A stretch of DNA of 64,000 nt from Octopus sinensis (taxonomy: Eukaryota): positions 17,360,001-17,424,000 of the forward strand of contig NC_042997.1 of NCBI RefSeq assembly GCF_006345805.1. The letters run 5' to 3'. Positions 13,289 through 25,260 of the stretch are shown piece by piece. The position numbers and the translations under genes were made by a program. Each line of letters starts with the position of its first letter. Position 1 is the first letter of the stretch. Under the pieces are notes generated by a model that searched no databases, had not been told where the DNA came from, and worked only from the letters and a program-made list of their open reading frames with translations.

Positions 13289-13589
13289 CATATATGTATA
13301 ATCAGTGACATTGCCTTGCAAGTATTAGCGAAAGATACATGTTCCAAAATTGTATCTATAATTTTAAATTGGTGTTTACAAAAAATATAATGCGAAATAT
13401 TGTGTCACTCTTCTGATGTGTGTATGTGTGTGTGTGTATTTTACTTATTCTCCCCTGTCTCTCTGTCTGTGCATTGTGTGTGTGTGTATATGTATACATG
13501 CACAGACACACATGAATGTTTCAACTACGAGAAATAACCATTAATTTTGTCACTGTGTTATCAAGGAAGTCTTTTGTGTGTGTATAGGG

Positions 13590-15075
13590 TACGAAGAGGA
13601 GGAAAATCATGGGTCCATCAGGGATAGCTGTAGAAAAACCTAAAATATCTGGGGAAGTGGGATGCAAGATTACCACCTGGATTATTAATCAAGTCATTCA
13701 GGAGGGTGTGATTACCCAATGACCAGCATTGCAATATCATTGTAAGATGCTACATGAACAAAGGTAACGCCTTTGTGAGAAGAAACTATAGGGGAATCAA
13801 ACTTCTAGATCAAGTTATGAAGCTTATGGAGAAAGTCAAAGCCTAATTGATCTGTGATAGAGTGGACCTAAATGAGATGCACTTTGGCCGACTCTGTTAG
13901 AGGCACCACAGATGCAATCTTCCTAGTGAGGCAACTACAGGAGAAATAACTGGCTAAAAATAAACCTCTAAACCTGGCTTTCATTGATTTGGACAAAACA
14001 TTGGACTGAGTACTATATTCAGAAATCTGGTGGGCACTTGGCAAACTAAGAGTAAGATGAATGGCTTGTACAGGTAGTTCAAGCCATGTACAAGAATGCA
14101 GCAAGTAAACTGGAAGTTAGCAATGACTTCAGTAATGAATGAATTCAACATGAAAGTAGGAATCCATCAAGGTTTAATCCTCAATCCTTTCCTTTTCATC
14201 ATAATCCTACAAGCCATCATAGTAGAGTTTAAGACTGACTGCCCATGGGGACTTCTATTTGCTGTTTATCCACTCCTCATAGCTGAATCTATTGGGAATT
14301 AGAGAAGAATTCTCAGGCATGGAAGCTAAATCTAGCATTGAGAGGCCTCAAGGTAATCCTAGCGAAGAGAAAGGTTTTAGTAAGTATGAAAGATGACAAG
14401 AAGTGGCCTTGCTCAATTTGCAGAAAAGGAGTAGGTATAAACTCCATATACTGTACTCAATGTCAGCTATTGTACTCAATGTCAGCTAGCAGATTGTAAG
14501 CTTCATATACAGTAGATGCACTGAAACAGTTTGTATAAATATACCAGAAATTGAGTTTCTTAGATGCCCAGATGTCTCACTAGAAAAGTTGATAGTTTTT
14601 GTTACCTACGAGATGTAATTTTCAAAGGAGGTGGTTGCTCTGAAAGTATAGTAGCTAGAGTAAGAACTGGTTGAAGAGAGTTTAGGAGGCTACTGCCACT
14701 GCTAACAACAAAGATCTTTTCTCTGTGCTTGAAAGGCAGACTGTATATGCTTGTGCTGCATTGTAGTTGGCCTTGACTGCAAAAGACCAGAGGAGACTAG
14801 AAAGAAAGGAAATGAGTATGCTCCACTACTGGATGTGCAATGTGAATGTGCATGAAAGAATTAGTACAAAGATGCTGAATGAAAACTGGGCATAACAGGA
14901 ATCAATTGTTGAAAGAAGACTGTGCTAGTATGGACATGTGATGCATACGGAGGAGGACAGTTATATAAAAAAAAGTGCTGATTCCTAAATGAGTGGCTGG
15001 AAATTGTGGAAGGGGGAGACCCAGGAAGATATAAGATGAAGTTGTTAGGGCTGATATAAGGTTCTTGAAACTGAG
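13590..15075 (+). mobile_element. RTE-clade LINE, 5'-truncated and decayed reverse transcriptase
   Basis: Translates as RNYRGIKLLDQVMK, GTTDAIFLVRQLQEK*, LAFIDLDK, VGIHQGLILNPFLFIIILQA, PWGLLFAVY (YADD lost), KWPCSICRKGVGINSIYCTQC and a GRGRPRK-like motif near the end; many stops and frameshifts. Confidence 0.95.
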
Positions 15076-15904
15076 TCACCAAACTGAATTCTGGAAACAC
15101 TATGTATTGTTCTCTACCCAAGTTACAGTGACTCATCTCCACCTTCCATGCATTAGGACTGCCTCTTCTTCCTGCTCCCAGCTTCTGTAGATTGTTGACT
15201 ATGTTATCCTTCTCTCTTGTCTGCCCTACCCTCTTTCCCTAATCCACTAGCATGAAGCTGATCCCTGGCCATGGTTTGCAATTCTGCAAGCTGCATGGTG
15301 ACCTCAGTAGTTCAGGTGGCATAAAGAAAGCACTCAGTACACACTGTGAAGTGGTTGGAATTAGAAAGGGCAACCAGCTGTAAAACCAAACTGAAAACAT
15401 AGCTGTTAAATTAATGAAAAACCCTAATTACATACACAGGGCTACAACTTAGCTTATTAGTGCGCTGAAGATGATTGTGAGGTGACCAAGCTTTTTCTTT
15501 TCAGATGTAGATAGTAGACACCAAACAATCAAGTGACCACCAGGAACTTTCCTCTTCCTGTTACATGCAAATAGTCAGAGCAGTCCCCATCAACACTGGC
15601 ATAATGAAAGGCAGAAATGGAGATAATGAAGAGGTACTAGGGTGGAGATAAGAAAATTAATTATAAGTACAAGAAGATGGTGGGAAGATTCCCCATGGGC
15701 AAGGACCACATACAAATTTTCCTGATGGATAATTGTGTTGAAGCTGATGGAGTACTACACGTATTGTTGGCTGAGAAATGTATAAAGGAAACAATTAAAA
15801 ATGATTATGTATCAAAATAAAATTTAAGCTAATTATAGGCAACACGACAGGGATCTCCACATACTCACCACAGTTACACAATCAGGATAAGCAGATGAAC
15901 AAAA

Positions 15905-16395
15905 GTATCTAGAGTTAGAACTGGGTGGTAAGACTTTTGGAGGTATTACCTTTGCTAGTAAGAAAGGAATTTTCTCACTGAGTGAAAGGAGATTTTATGA
16001 TGCTTGTGTATGTAGTACAATGTTGCATGTTAATAGTAATATTGAATTTGTAGGATGTGTATAGGTTAGAAAGAAATGAGGTGAGCATGCTTCATTAAAT
16101 GTGAAATATTAGTATGAATGAACAACAGAGCACAAAGGAGCTGAGATAAAAACTGAGTCCAAGAGAAAACAACACTGTTATGGACATGTGATGTATATGA
16201 AAGTTGGTTAAAGAAGTGCCAAGTGATCCAAGTGGAAAAAAAACCCTGTGGAAGTGGGAGACTAAGACATGAGAAGTGATGGTGAAAGACAATTGCAGGA
16301 AGCTGAACCGCATGTAGGAAATGATTAGTGATTGTAACAAGTAGTGAAACTTTATTGGTAAAGACCTAAGCAAGGATGGCAAAATGGACATAAAA
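15905..16395 (+). mobile_element. Second, older RTE LINE 3' fragment
   Basis: Homologous to 14660-15070 (RVRTGW, FYDACV, LERNEVSML, YGHV-like blocks), heavily degenerate. Confidence 0.75.
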
Positions 16396-17818
16396 TATAC
16401 TTTCCCCATAACATTAGAATTTAAAACCAGTTTTCCAAGGAAATTTTTATTTGCTTATGAGATAGTTCTTATAGCTAACCTGTTGAAGAATTAGAGAATT
16501 TCCAAATATGGAAGCAAAACCTAGAGTCAATCATAAAATAAAGGCATGCACTTGCACACACACAAGCATGTGTGCATGCACACACACAGATGCACAGGCA
16601 TACACACATATATCTATGGGATGAGGATGATGAAGAGGAAAGGAATGAAGAAAAGAAGTAGACATAGATGGTCATGTATATAAATATAAATGCAGGTAGT
16701 TAGGACTGGTACAACTGTCTACTTCTTTATATTTTCCTTGTCTTTCTCATGTTCCTAATCTTTATCCCTCTGCTATCACTTAATCTACTACTATATCACA
16801 CATTATATTTATTTTCCTTTTTCTTTCCTGCTCTTCACATTTATTCTCTATTCTTTCTCTTTACTCTTCCTCACTATTTTTACCTTTGTTTCTTCGTAAA
16901 TTTTCAACCCTTCACTTCTCACATGTATTTCTTTCATTTCATTTCCCTACCATTTTCTTCTTTTTCCTTTCTTTAACCCCCTCCCTACAATTTCTGCTAC
17001 CTTTCTTTGCTTCTCCCATTCTCACTTCACCAACCGGAACTTCTTTGGTTATATCTCTGATCTGTCCCTACCTCCTAATCATGCAAATCTCTTCTTTAGT
17101 TTCTCAGCCTTTTTGATTAATCAATCCTTTTCATGTTCAAGGTGAAAAAAAAGAAGATAAAAATCAAGAATGAAAGAAACTAGAAAATGGTTGAAAGGAA
17201 CTGAGAGAGAAAAAAAATAAATGTATGAAAAACAGGTGTAGTAGCATTGAATTTGTCTTTATTGATCTCAGCTGAAAAGTCAAAAGTCATGTCGATGATA
17301 TTTGCATAATGATGATGTTGATGGCTATAACGGAATATTCTAAAAGTGGAAAAAAAGAAACAAAAAGAAAACATCAGATATTTATGAAAAATCAGTATGA
17401 GAGTAATTTGTAATTTTTTCCAAAAATTATAAGAGAAATTGAATGGAATTATTAGGCATAAACATCACAAATTCCTATTTCCTATTTTTCTGACAAACCT
17501 GTGGCTTTCTGCTTATGAATTGGGAAATCATTATATATTCCAGATTATAACAGATACCATATGTGAAGGGGGTGAAATTCTGAACATCAAGATCATAATC
17601 TGGTTTTAATTTTTATTCTGAAATGCTTCTTCTAACATTGTTAATGCTTATGAAAAAGTCATGAATGCAACAGCTTCCCATTTCTTTTATGAAATTTTTA
17701 TCTTAAGTAAAAATGAATTATTATAGATGCCTTATAGTTGCAAGAGGGACAGTGAAATGACAACTTCTTCACATAAAAGTAATTTCAAATGTTTGTATGA
17801 AAAAAATTACGTTCTTAC

Positions 17819-17945
17819 CATAAAAGCCATATAAAGCACACAATTCATATATACTATGGATCTCAATGTTTGTGCTTGTCTTAAGACCTGTAATACCTTA
17901 TATAACCTGCAGTGTTGTACAACTGCTTCATGAGTGGATAATCTA
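17819..17945 (-). CDS. Unverified candidate internal exon (RLSTHEAVVQHCRLYKVLQVLRQAQTLRSIVYMNCVLYMAFM)
   Basis: 127-nt open frame between ctaat...ttgcag and a strong TG|gtaaga donor; an internal acceptor at 17888 would give an alternative 69-nt open exon. No homology recognised. Confidence 0.28.
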
Positions 17946-18004
17946 CTGCAATCCAATATATTAGTTTTTAATATTTCATTTTATATAAAATGGATATATA
18001 ATTG

Positions 18005-18215
18005 TTCCTAGCTTAAGCCTATGACAGCAATTTTGAGGGGAGGGGTATGATTAATACCATTGACCTCAGTACTTGATGTGTACTTCATTTTATTAATACT
18101 AAAAGGATGGAAAGCAAAATTGATCTTAATGGGATTAGAACTCAGAATATGGAAGGCCAAAAGAAATACTGCAATACTTTTTTTCTAGTGTTCTAAAGAT
18201 TCTGCCAACTTGCTA
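18005..18215 (-). mobile_element. SINE family B copy, diverged
   Basis: Matches the 45.75-46.6 kb copies (ttgacctcagtact, aaaggatggaaagcaaa, gaactcagaat, gattctgccaact). Confidence 0.6.
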
Positions 18216-21200
18216 TTATAAATTGTTATATAACAGAAACAACATAATCAACAAAAAAAATTAGCATTATTGTTTTTTTTTCACTCTGAAAGTATGTGAA
18301 GTAAAATTTTACAGTCTAATATCATGATTTATACGGACCCCTAATTTTAATCATTAATTTTGGTGAAAAAAGTGTACTGAATACATAGTTTCATGATACT
18401 TTGCATTTGTGTTTACTATTTATCAAATTGTTTGGCAGTCAACTAAAAGCTCCTTAAAGACTAACTCAGCTTGCTCTATGCAAACCAATGAGAAAATCTA
18501 TGTGAATGAGCCACAACATGGTCACTGAATATGCAAGAAATATTATAATAATATACCATTCTTAATACCTGTTTGAGGATATGGGCCTCAAAACAGCCTA
18601 TGAAGAGATTGGCATAACAAAGGCCTATCTTAATGACCATGGTTAGCCTGTTAGTTTGTTTGGAGAATTCACCAGAGAAGGAGTAACAGGAGGAGTTGAA
18701 AACAAGTTCAGCTAAGTGGAGAAGTGTGACAGTACTAGGTTCATATAAAGAGCAAAGGTCAAAGAAATATTTAAGAGCTAAGAGTTTGTTGTGAGTGATG
18801 ACAGTGCATAGGCATTTTATAAAATTTATGAAGATCCAGAAGAAAATGAAGTTTATTCAGTAAATGGCATAGTTTGTATCCTTGATATGTGAAGAAAGGA
18901 TCAAAACAAATGGTAACATGAGTTTATCAAGGTAGTTAGAGTGGAGTTCAGATACATATACAAACAGAAACAATAGCCAGAATGGTTGAGTTTGCACAGC
19001 TTAAGTAGAAAATAGATAGCAGATATATGTGTTGATGGGGTTAGTAGTAGCAATGAAAGGAGATGCAGAGGAACAGAATATATTCTTGAACAACTACTGA
19101 CATTTCCTCTCACCCAATGTAAGTTTTTGTTCAAAACGTCCTTCGCTTTTTCCTCATTGTATAAAATGTATTTGAATTGCTTGACTTATTTAAATTTAAG
19201 TTTCTGGACAAACTGTGATGAGATAACAAGAATTTGCTCTCATAATATTACTGAAAATAAAGATTTTGAGAATTGTTTTTAGACTATTATACCATATGAT
19301 GCGGTTAGAAAAATTGTTTTGCCATGCTTTTGTGAAGATTGGAAACATTGCATAAAGCTTGGTCTTCATAGAATATGTCTAATATAAATTAGTCTGCAGT
19401 AGGCTATTGTCTTCAAATCTATTAATCAAAACCAAATTCAAAGGTATAGAGCTTACAACATTTTATATTGGGGGAAAAGCTGTAATGTTCAGGACTTCAC
19501 CCATGTCCTTAATAGCATGAATAAATTGAAAGTGCTCTCAGTTGGGATAATAAAATTGAGAACATACATCCGACTTGCCAGAAAATCTTACTACTGTGCC
19601 TGACCATATCACATGCATGATGAACTTGTTATCATCATCAGTGCTGCTACTGCTGCTGTAACAATGACTATGACAAAGCTGCCTTCTCTGATGATGTCAA
19701 TTACCACCATCATTATCACCACTGTTTAACATATGCTTTTCCATACTAGTAAGGGTTGGTCGAGTTTTCTGAGATAATGTTTCATGGTCAGATACCGTTC
19801 CCATCACCAATACTTTTAGTTGACTCTTACAACATTTAGGAACACAGTGTACCTATAGGAAATCTGTAATACACATGGTATTTATCCAACACAAATCTAT
19901 TATTGCTTAAATATTATTTTCTCAGAAGATGAGCTTTTATCAAATGAAAGGATATTGCTTCAGTAAAAATTCTCACACATAATAAACCTATTGTAATAAT
20001 GATGCCACAGAAAATATAAGAACAGTTGGTTGTTTTCAATGTGTTCTGATCACTAATGATAGTTAGTGCTTGACTACAACCTTCATGTTTTTCTATGAAA
20101 CAAAGCAAAATTAAGGGTCAGTCTTCAGAAAAGCAGGTCATTTTCAATAAAGCCTTTCATTAAGGAGACATTTCCTTGCTGTTTTTAAAAATTTCTCCTG
20201 GAAATCAGTGACAATATCAAGCTTTGATGTTCAGAATTTCCTCAGAACTCTCTTTTTTCAAAAAATAGCCTGACTAGTCCATTTTTACTTCATTATTCAA
20301 TTTATTTCTTCCCTCTTATTTTTGTCATCTTCCACTATCACTTTCAATATTTCTTCCTCATTCACATCCTCTTTCTTGTTTAGTTTTCTATCTCTCACAT
20401 TCTTTAATTTCGGTTCTCCCCTCTCCTTTTTGATTATCCCCTCTCACTTCCTCCAATTTTCATTCTACTTTCCTGTATCTCTTTTTCTTCTGTCACTTTC
20501 TCTTAATTATTTTTTACCTCCTGAAATCCTCCTCAACATCTATCTATGTGTGTGTATGTGTGTGCTTGTGTGTGCATGCGTGTGTGTGTATCATTTTTAT
20601 TATTACCCCCCACTTCTTCTTATCCCCCACCTTCAATCAATTTTCTCTCTCTACTAAACTTGTCATTTTATACTCTTTCTATTCCACCAACCTCTCATTA
20701 TCTTCATTTTTATACACACACACACACACACACACAACCTTGTCTTACATGCACATATAGCCTCTCGCTCTGTCTTTGTCAGTCTCTGTCTCTCTCTCAC
20801 ACACTCTCTCTAACACATAGAAAATAACTCACATGAATACAGTCTTCCATTAATTCTCTATCTTCTCCTCTCTCTCTCCCTTTCTCTCTCTCTCCCTTTC
20901 TCTCTCTCTCTCTTTCTCTCTCTCTCATGCACACACATTCATACAAATATACATACATTTTTGCATGCCTATTCCACAACCTAAAATACTCAACTTCTCC
21001 TCAAAACACACATTCCCTCTCCCTACTTCTCTCCTTCCTTACATACATAACAGCTTTCCCAGCATCTCATTTCAACAACATAAGGCACCTGTCATTCTAC
21101 ATCATTTTTACCTTACTGCTACACTCCCTCCCTTGCTATCATTCATCCAAGAGTCTCCACAGAAAATATGGTCAATCTTTTCTCCTACAACTTCACAGTT

Positions 21201-21616
21201 CTCATTTTTGGAACTCATCGATTCTATCTCTCTGTTACACAGCCCTCACTCATACATAGTAAACAGATGGAAATCCGTAGGGAACAATAAGCCACACCCA
21301 AAGTGGAACCAACACTTTCCTTCTTTCCTCCCCTTCCTATCTCCCTATCTCTCATTTTCTTCTCTTCCTTCTCTTTCTCTCCAAATATCATACTATGCAT
21401 AGAGTAGCCCTAAAGTGCTTTGTGCCTAGATTCTACACAACACAAAAAAACAAATCACTTACTAAATTGAACAAATGTTTTATATATCTGTATACATCCA
21501 TACTTCTAAACACACACACATACTCATATATACATATATATGTATGCATAGATCTATATCTATCTATCTATCTATATCTTATATATGGATATACATAAAC
21601 ATACATATGTATGCAT

Positions 21617-21648
<32 letters not shown>

Positions 21649-21870
21649 GCATATATATATATATATACATACACATTTATATGCATAAGTAAGCATTTAT
21701 AATATATATATATTTAGAGATAGATTAGATAGACAGATATATAGATAGATATATAAAGGCAGTGCTCCAGCATGGCCGCAGTCAAATGACTGAAACAAAT
21801 AACAGAATAAACGAATATGTATATACGCATGTGCATATATATATGTGTGTGTGTGTATATAGATAATACA

Positions 21871-22069
21871 TTCTTTTATTCTTGTTTTAGTCATTTGACG
21901 GCAGCTATGCTGGAGCACCACCTTTAGTTGAGCAAATTGACCCCAGGACTTATTCTTTGTAAGCCTAGTACTTATTCTATCGGTGTCTTTTGCAGAACTG
22001 CTAAGTTACGGGGACGTAAACATACCAGTATTGGTTGTCAAGCGATGTTGGGGGGACAAACACAGACAT

Positions 22070-22114
<45 letters not shown>

Positions 22115-22244
22115 CAGTTTCCGTCTACCAAATCCACTCACAAGGCTTTGGTCAGCCCAAGGGTATATTAGAAGACACTTTCCCAAGGTGCAACGAAGTG
22201 GGACTGAACATGGAACCTACTTACCACAGAGCCACTCCTGTGCC
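21871..22244 (-). mobile_element. SINE family A copy
   Basis: Colinear in reverse with 8203-8668, with central CA/TA microsatellite. Confidence 0.85.
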
Positions 22245-22350
22245 AATGATACATAAAAGTTTTTAGAATACTATCAACATAAACATAAAGGCACGCATAT
22301 TTACTCACTCCACCATGCCACATATGTATATATATATATATATGTATGTA

Positions 22351-22658
22351 TATCACGTGATCACGTGACCGACCAGGCTATCAGATGTTGTTACACATCG
22401 CTGGTCACAATGCGCTTCACATTGTTTTAGCCTTCAAATGACGCCACCCTGCTGGCTAAGCGAGCAGGCCAACAGAAGAAAGAGTGAGAGAAAGTTGTGG
22501 CAAAAGAGTACAGCAGGGGCTGCCACCACCCCCTGCCGGAGCCTCATGGAGCTTTAGGCGTTTTCGTTCAGTAAACACTCACAACGCCTGGTCTGGGAAT
22601 CGAAACTGTGATCCTACGGCCGCGAGTCCGCTGCCCTAACCACTGGGCCATTGCGCCT

Positions 22659-22660
<2 letters not shown>
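22351..22660 (-). mobile_element. Young tRNA-derived SINE (family E)
   Basis: Minus-strand head GGAGGCGCAATGGCCCAGTGGTTAGGGCAGCGGACTCGCGG...GTTTCGATTCCC has a good A box (TGGCCCAGTGG) and B box (GTTTCGATTCC); CpG-rich body; no complete cloverleaf, so not a tRNA gene. Confidence 0.88.
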
Positions 22661-22719
<59 letters not shown>

Positions 22720-22926
22720 CATATGTATATATATATATATACATATGTATATATATACACACATATGTATATATATACATACATATGTATATATATACAT
22801 ACATATGTATATATATATACATACATATGTATATATATATACATACATATGTATATATATACATATGTATATATATATACATATGTATATATATATATAC
22901 ACATGTGTATATATATATATATGCAC

Positions 22927-22971
<45 letters not shown>
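22660..22971. repeat. Compound (AC)n/(TA)n microsatellite with recurring ACATATGT nodes
   Basis: Uninterrupted purine/pyrimidine alternation over about 310 bp. Confidence 0.95.
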
Positions 22972-22973
<2 letters not shown>

Positions 22974-23120
22974 TATAGGTATGTACATATATGTATGTAT
23001 GCATATGTTTTATTATTAAATTGGTATATATATATATATATATCTTTTGATTCTTTTGATTCTAGTTTCAGCTCACGAGCTGTGGCCATGCTGGGGCATA
23101 TACATATCTTTATTCCTTTT

Positions 23121-23402
23121 TCTGTTTTTCACTTGTTTCAGTCATTAGACAGTGACCATGCTAGGGCACCACCTTGAAAAATTTTTAGTTGAATGTATTG
23201 ACTCCCAGTAGTTATTTATCTTTTTAAAGTCTGGCACTTGTTCTATCAGTCTGTTTTGGTGAACTGATAAGTTATGGGGACATAGACATATCAAGCCAGG
23301 CTATAGCAGAAGACATTTGCCCAAGATACCATACAATGGGACTGAACCTGGAACCATGTGGCTGGAAAGCAAGTTTCTTACCACACAGCCACACCTTTGC
23401 CT
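23121..23402 (-). mobile_element. SINE family A copy lacking the central microsatellite segment
   Basis: 3' half (23121-23290) joined almost directly to the head (23295-23402). Confidence 0.7.
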
Positions 23403-23505
23403 GTATTTGTGTGTGTATATGTATATATATCTACATGAAGGGCAGACGTCAGACATGATGATGATATACATACAGATATATATACAAACATATATACATG
23501 CACAT

Positions 23506-23553
<48 letters not shown>

Positions 23554-23560
23554 GTATGTA

Positions 23561-23773
23561 TGAGGGGGTGCTGAAAAGTTCCTGGCTTTAAGAGTATTGT
23601 GAATGGCCTAGTTGGAGGTCCAACCTCCCAAGTTCTTTTACAGTGCTTAGAAAATCTGAAGGACTACTGCAATAAGTGTGTGAATCTGAGAGGGGAATAT
23701 TCTGAATAAAATCATAAATGAATCTCTTATATTTTCTTTTACTTAAAGCCAGGATATTTTCAGCACCCCCTTG
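23561..23773 (+). mobile_element. Mariner-derived MITE
   Basis: ~32-bp TIRs (tgagggggtgctgaaaagttcctggctttaag / cttaaagccaggatattttcagcacccccttg), TA on both sides, internal remnant ENLKDYCNKCVNLRGEYSE* resembling a mariner transposase C-terminus. Confidence 0.9.
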
Positions 23774-24819
23774 TATATAACATATATATGTATTATATAT
23801 TATGTACAGTTTCCACCTGCTAAACTTCATTCACAATGTCTCAGTCGAAGTGAGCACATATTTGGAGAGATTTGCTCAAGGTAGTGCACTTAGGGTTTGA
23901 ACCTACAACAAACAACAGCTGATTACAAGCTGAACACTACCTACACAGTCATGCTTGCAGTATAGAAAAATATAATTCAAACACAGACATGTTCTTAATG
24001 CATTTAAAAGAAAACTGGTTTCCATGTATGTGTGTATGTATGTAAGCATGCATGCATGTATGTATGTGCATGCATGTGTTTCCACAGATATAAGTGTGTG
24101 TTAGTAGATATTTGAAGTATGTCACATGAGTGCAAATGCAAAGGAATGTAATCTAAATGTTATATGCAGCTGTTTCTTTTTGTCTCTGAGTTCAAATCCC
24201 ACCAGACCTGGTTTAAATATATGATTTTATTTCATTGTTTCTGGCTATTTATTTATATTATTCATTTTTCTGTTGTAATTACTCCTTTCACTTTCTAAAT
24301 TTATTTTCATTGCTCCTTTTTCTCCTTCCACTCTCTCTCACTCTTTCTGCTTTGTTGCTCGCTCTCTCTCTCTCTCTCCTCTCTCTCTAGTTTAATCTTC
24401 AGAATTTCTAGTCAGTCACCCTTCCCTTGTTATAAACTATCTTTTACTCTCTTCTCTCTCTCTCTCACCATCTTGTTTCCCTATATGTTTATACCTTCCT
24501 CATCCTATCTTTCTTCATCTATTTACCTCTACCTGAGTTTATGTAGTTCCCTACTAGATTACCGCTAACTACATGTCACGTGCAAGTCTGTTGTAATGAG
24601 AGAACCTTGGAAAGAAGCACACGTGCATTTACACCCATACACTCACCCACAAAGATACACACACACACACACACACACTAATACACTCATTGATTAGCAT
24701 CCATCTCTTGATGTTCCTTGTTAAAGCTTGAATTTTATCAGGGTGTTTTTTCCTCTTCCTTTGCATCATGCCGGCTTGCATCTTTTGTTGGCTTTACTCA
24801 GTAGCCTTTGTTGTTATTT

Positions 24820-25260
24820 ATATTGTAGTGTTGTTTTGCTGCTGCTGTTGTTGTTGTTCTTGCTACTGCTGTTCTTGATGATGATATTATTATTGTAGTG
24901 TTTTCCATTTCGCTTTTGTTGCCATTAATCACCATCATTATCATCATCATCATTATTTTATAGTGTTTGCTGTTGTTGTTATTGTATTTACTGTTGGTGT
25001 CATTTTGATGATGCTCGTAACTACTATTGTTTCTGTTACTGATGTTGCTTTGACTCTTTTGGTTTTGTTGTTGCAGGTGCTGCTGTTGTTTTTATAATTT
25101 ATTGATACCATTATTGCTCTTATTCTCACTGTTGTTGTAGTCTATAATTAGATTTTTAAAAAATTATTGTTGTTGTAGATGCTGCTATGTTATTATTGTT
25201 ATTCTTCTTGAGGTGGTTGTTGTTGCACTTGTTATTATTAGTCACTCATCATTGTTGCTT
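24820..25260. repeat. Degenerate GTT/GCT/ATT trinucleotide low-complexity tract
   Basis: Visible mixed trinucleotide runs; similar tracts at 27400-27640 and 31940-32410. Confidence 0.8.

Noticed and set aside
13868-14104. Minus-strand 78-aa ORF
   Set aside because: Antisense shadow of the RTE reverse transcriptase.
20322-21402. Hydrophobic S/L/F-rich ORFs that look like membrane proteins (also 1353-1680, 9567-10003, 16749-17116)
   Set aside because: Translations of CT-rich low-complexity DNA.
21473-21515. Short minus-strand exon candidates ending TTA|gtaagt (here SMDVYRYIKHLFNL; also 43388-43442 YICYVLFDLPMYVLDVFL)
   Set aside because: Good donors but acceptors embedded in microsatellite or low-complexity sequence; chance level in 64 kb.
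22590-22660. Possible tRNA gene
   Set aside because: A and B boxes are present but there is no complete acceptor or T-stem pairing, and it continues into a SINE body.
22568-23177. Long ORFs of 120-190 aa rich in YI/HT/CV dipeptides (also 34493-34858, 44292-44649, 57842-58339 and similar)
   Set aside because: They are translations of RY-alternating microsatellites, which cannot contain stop codons.
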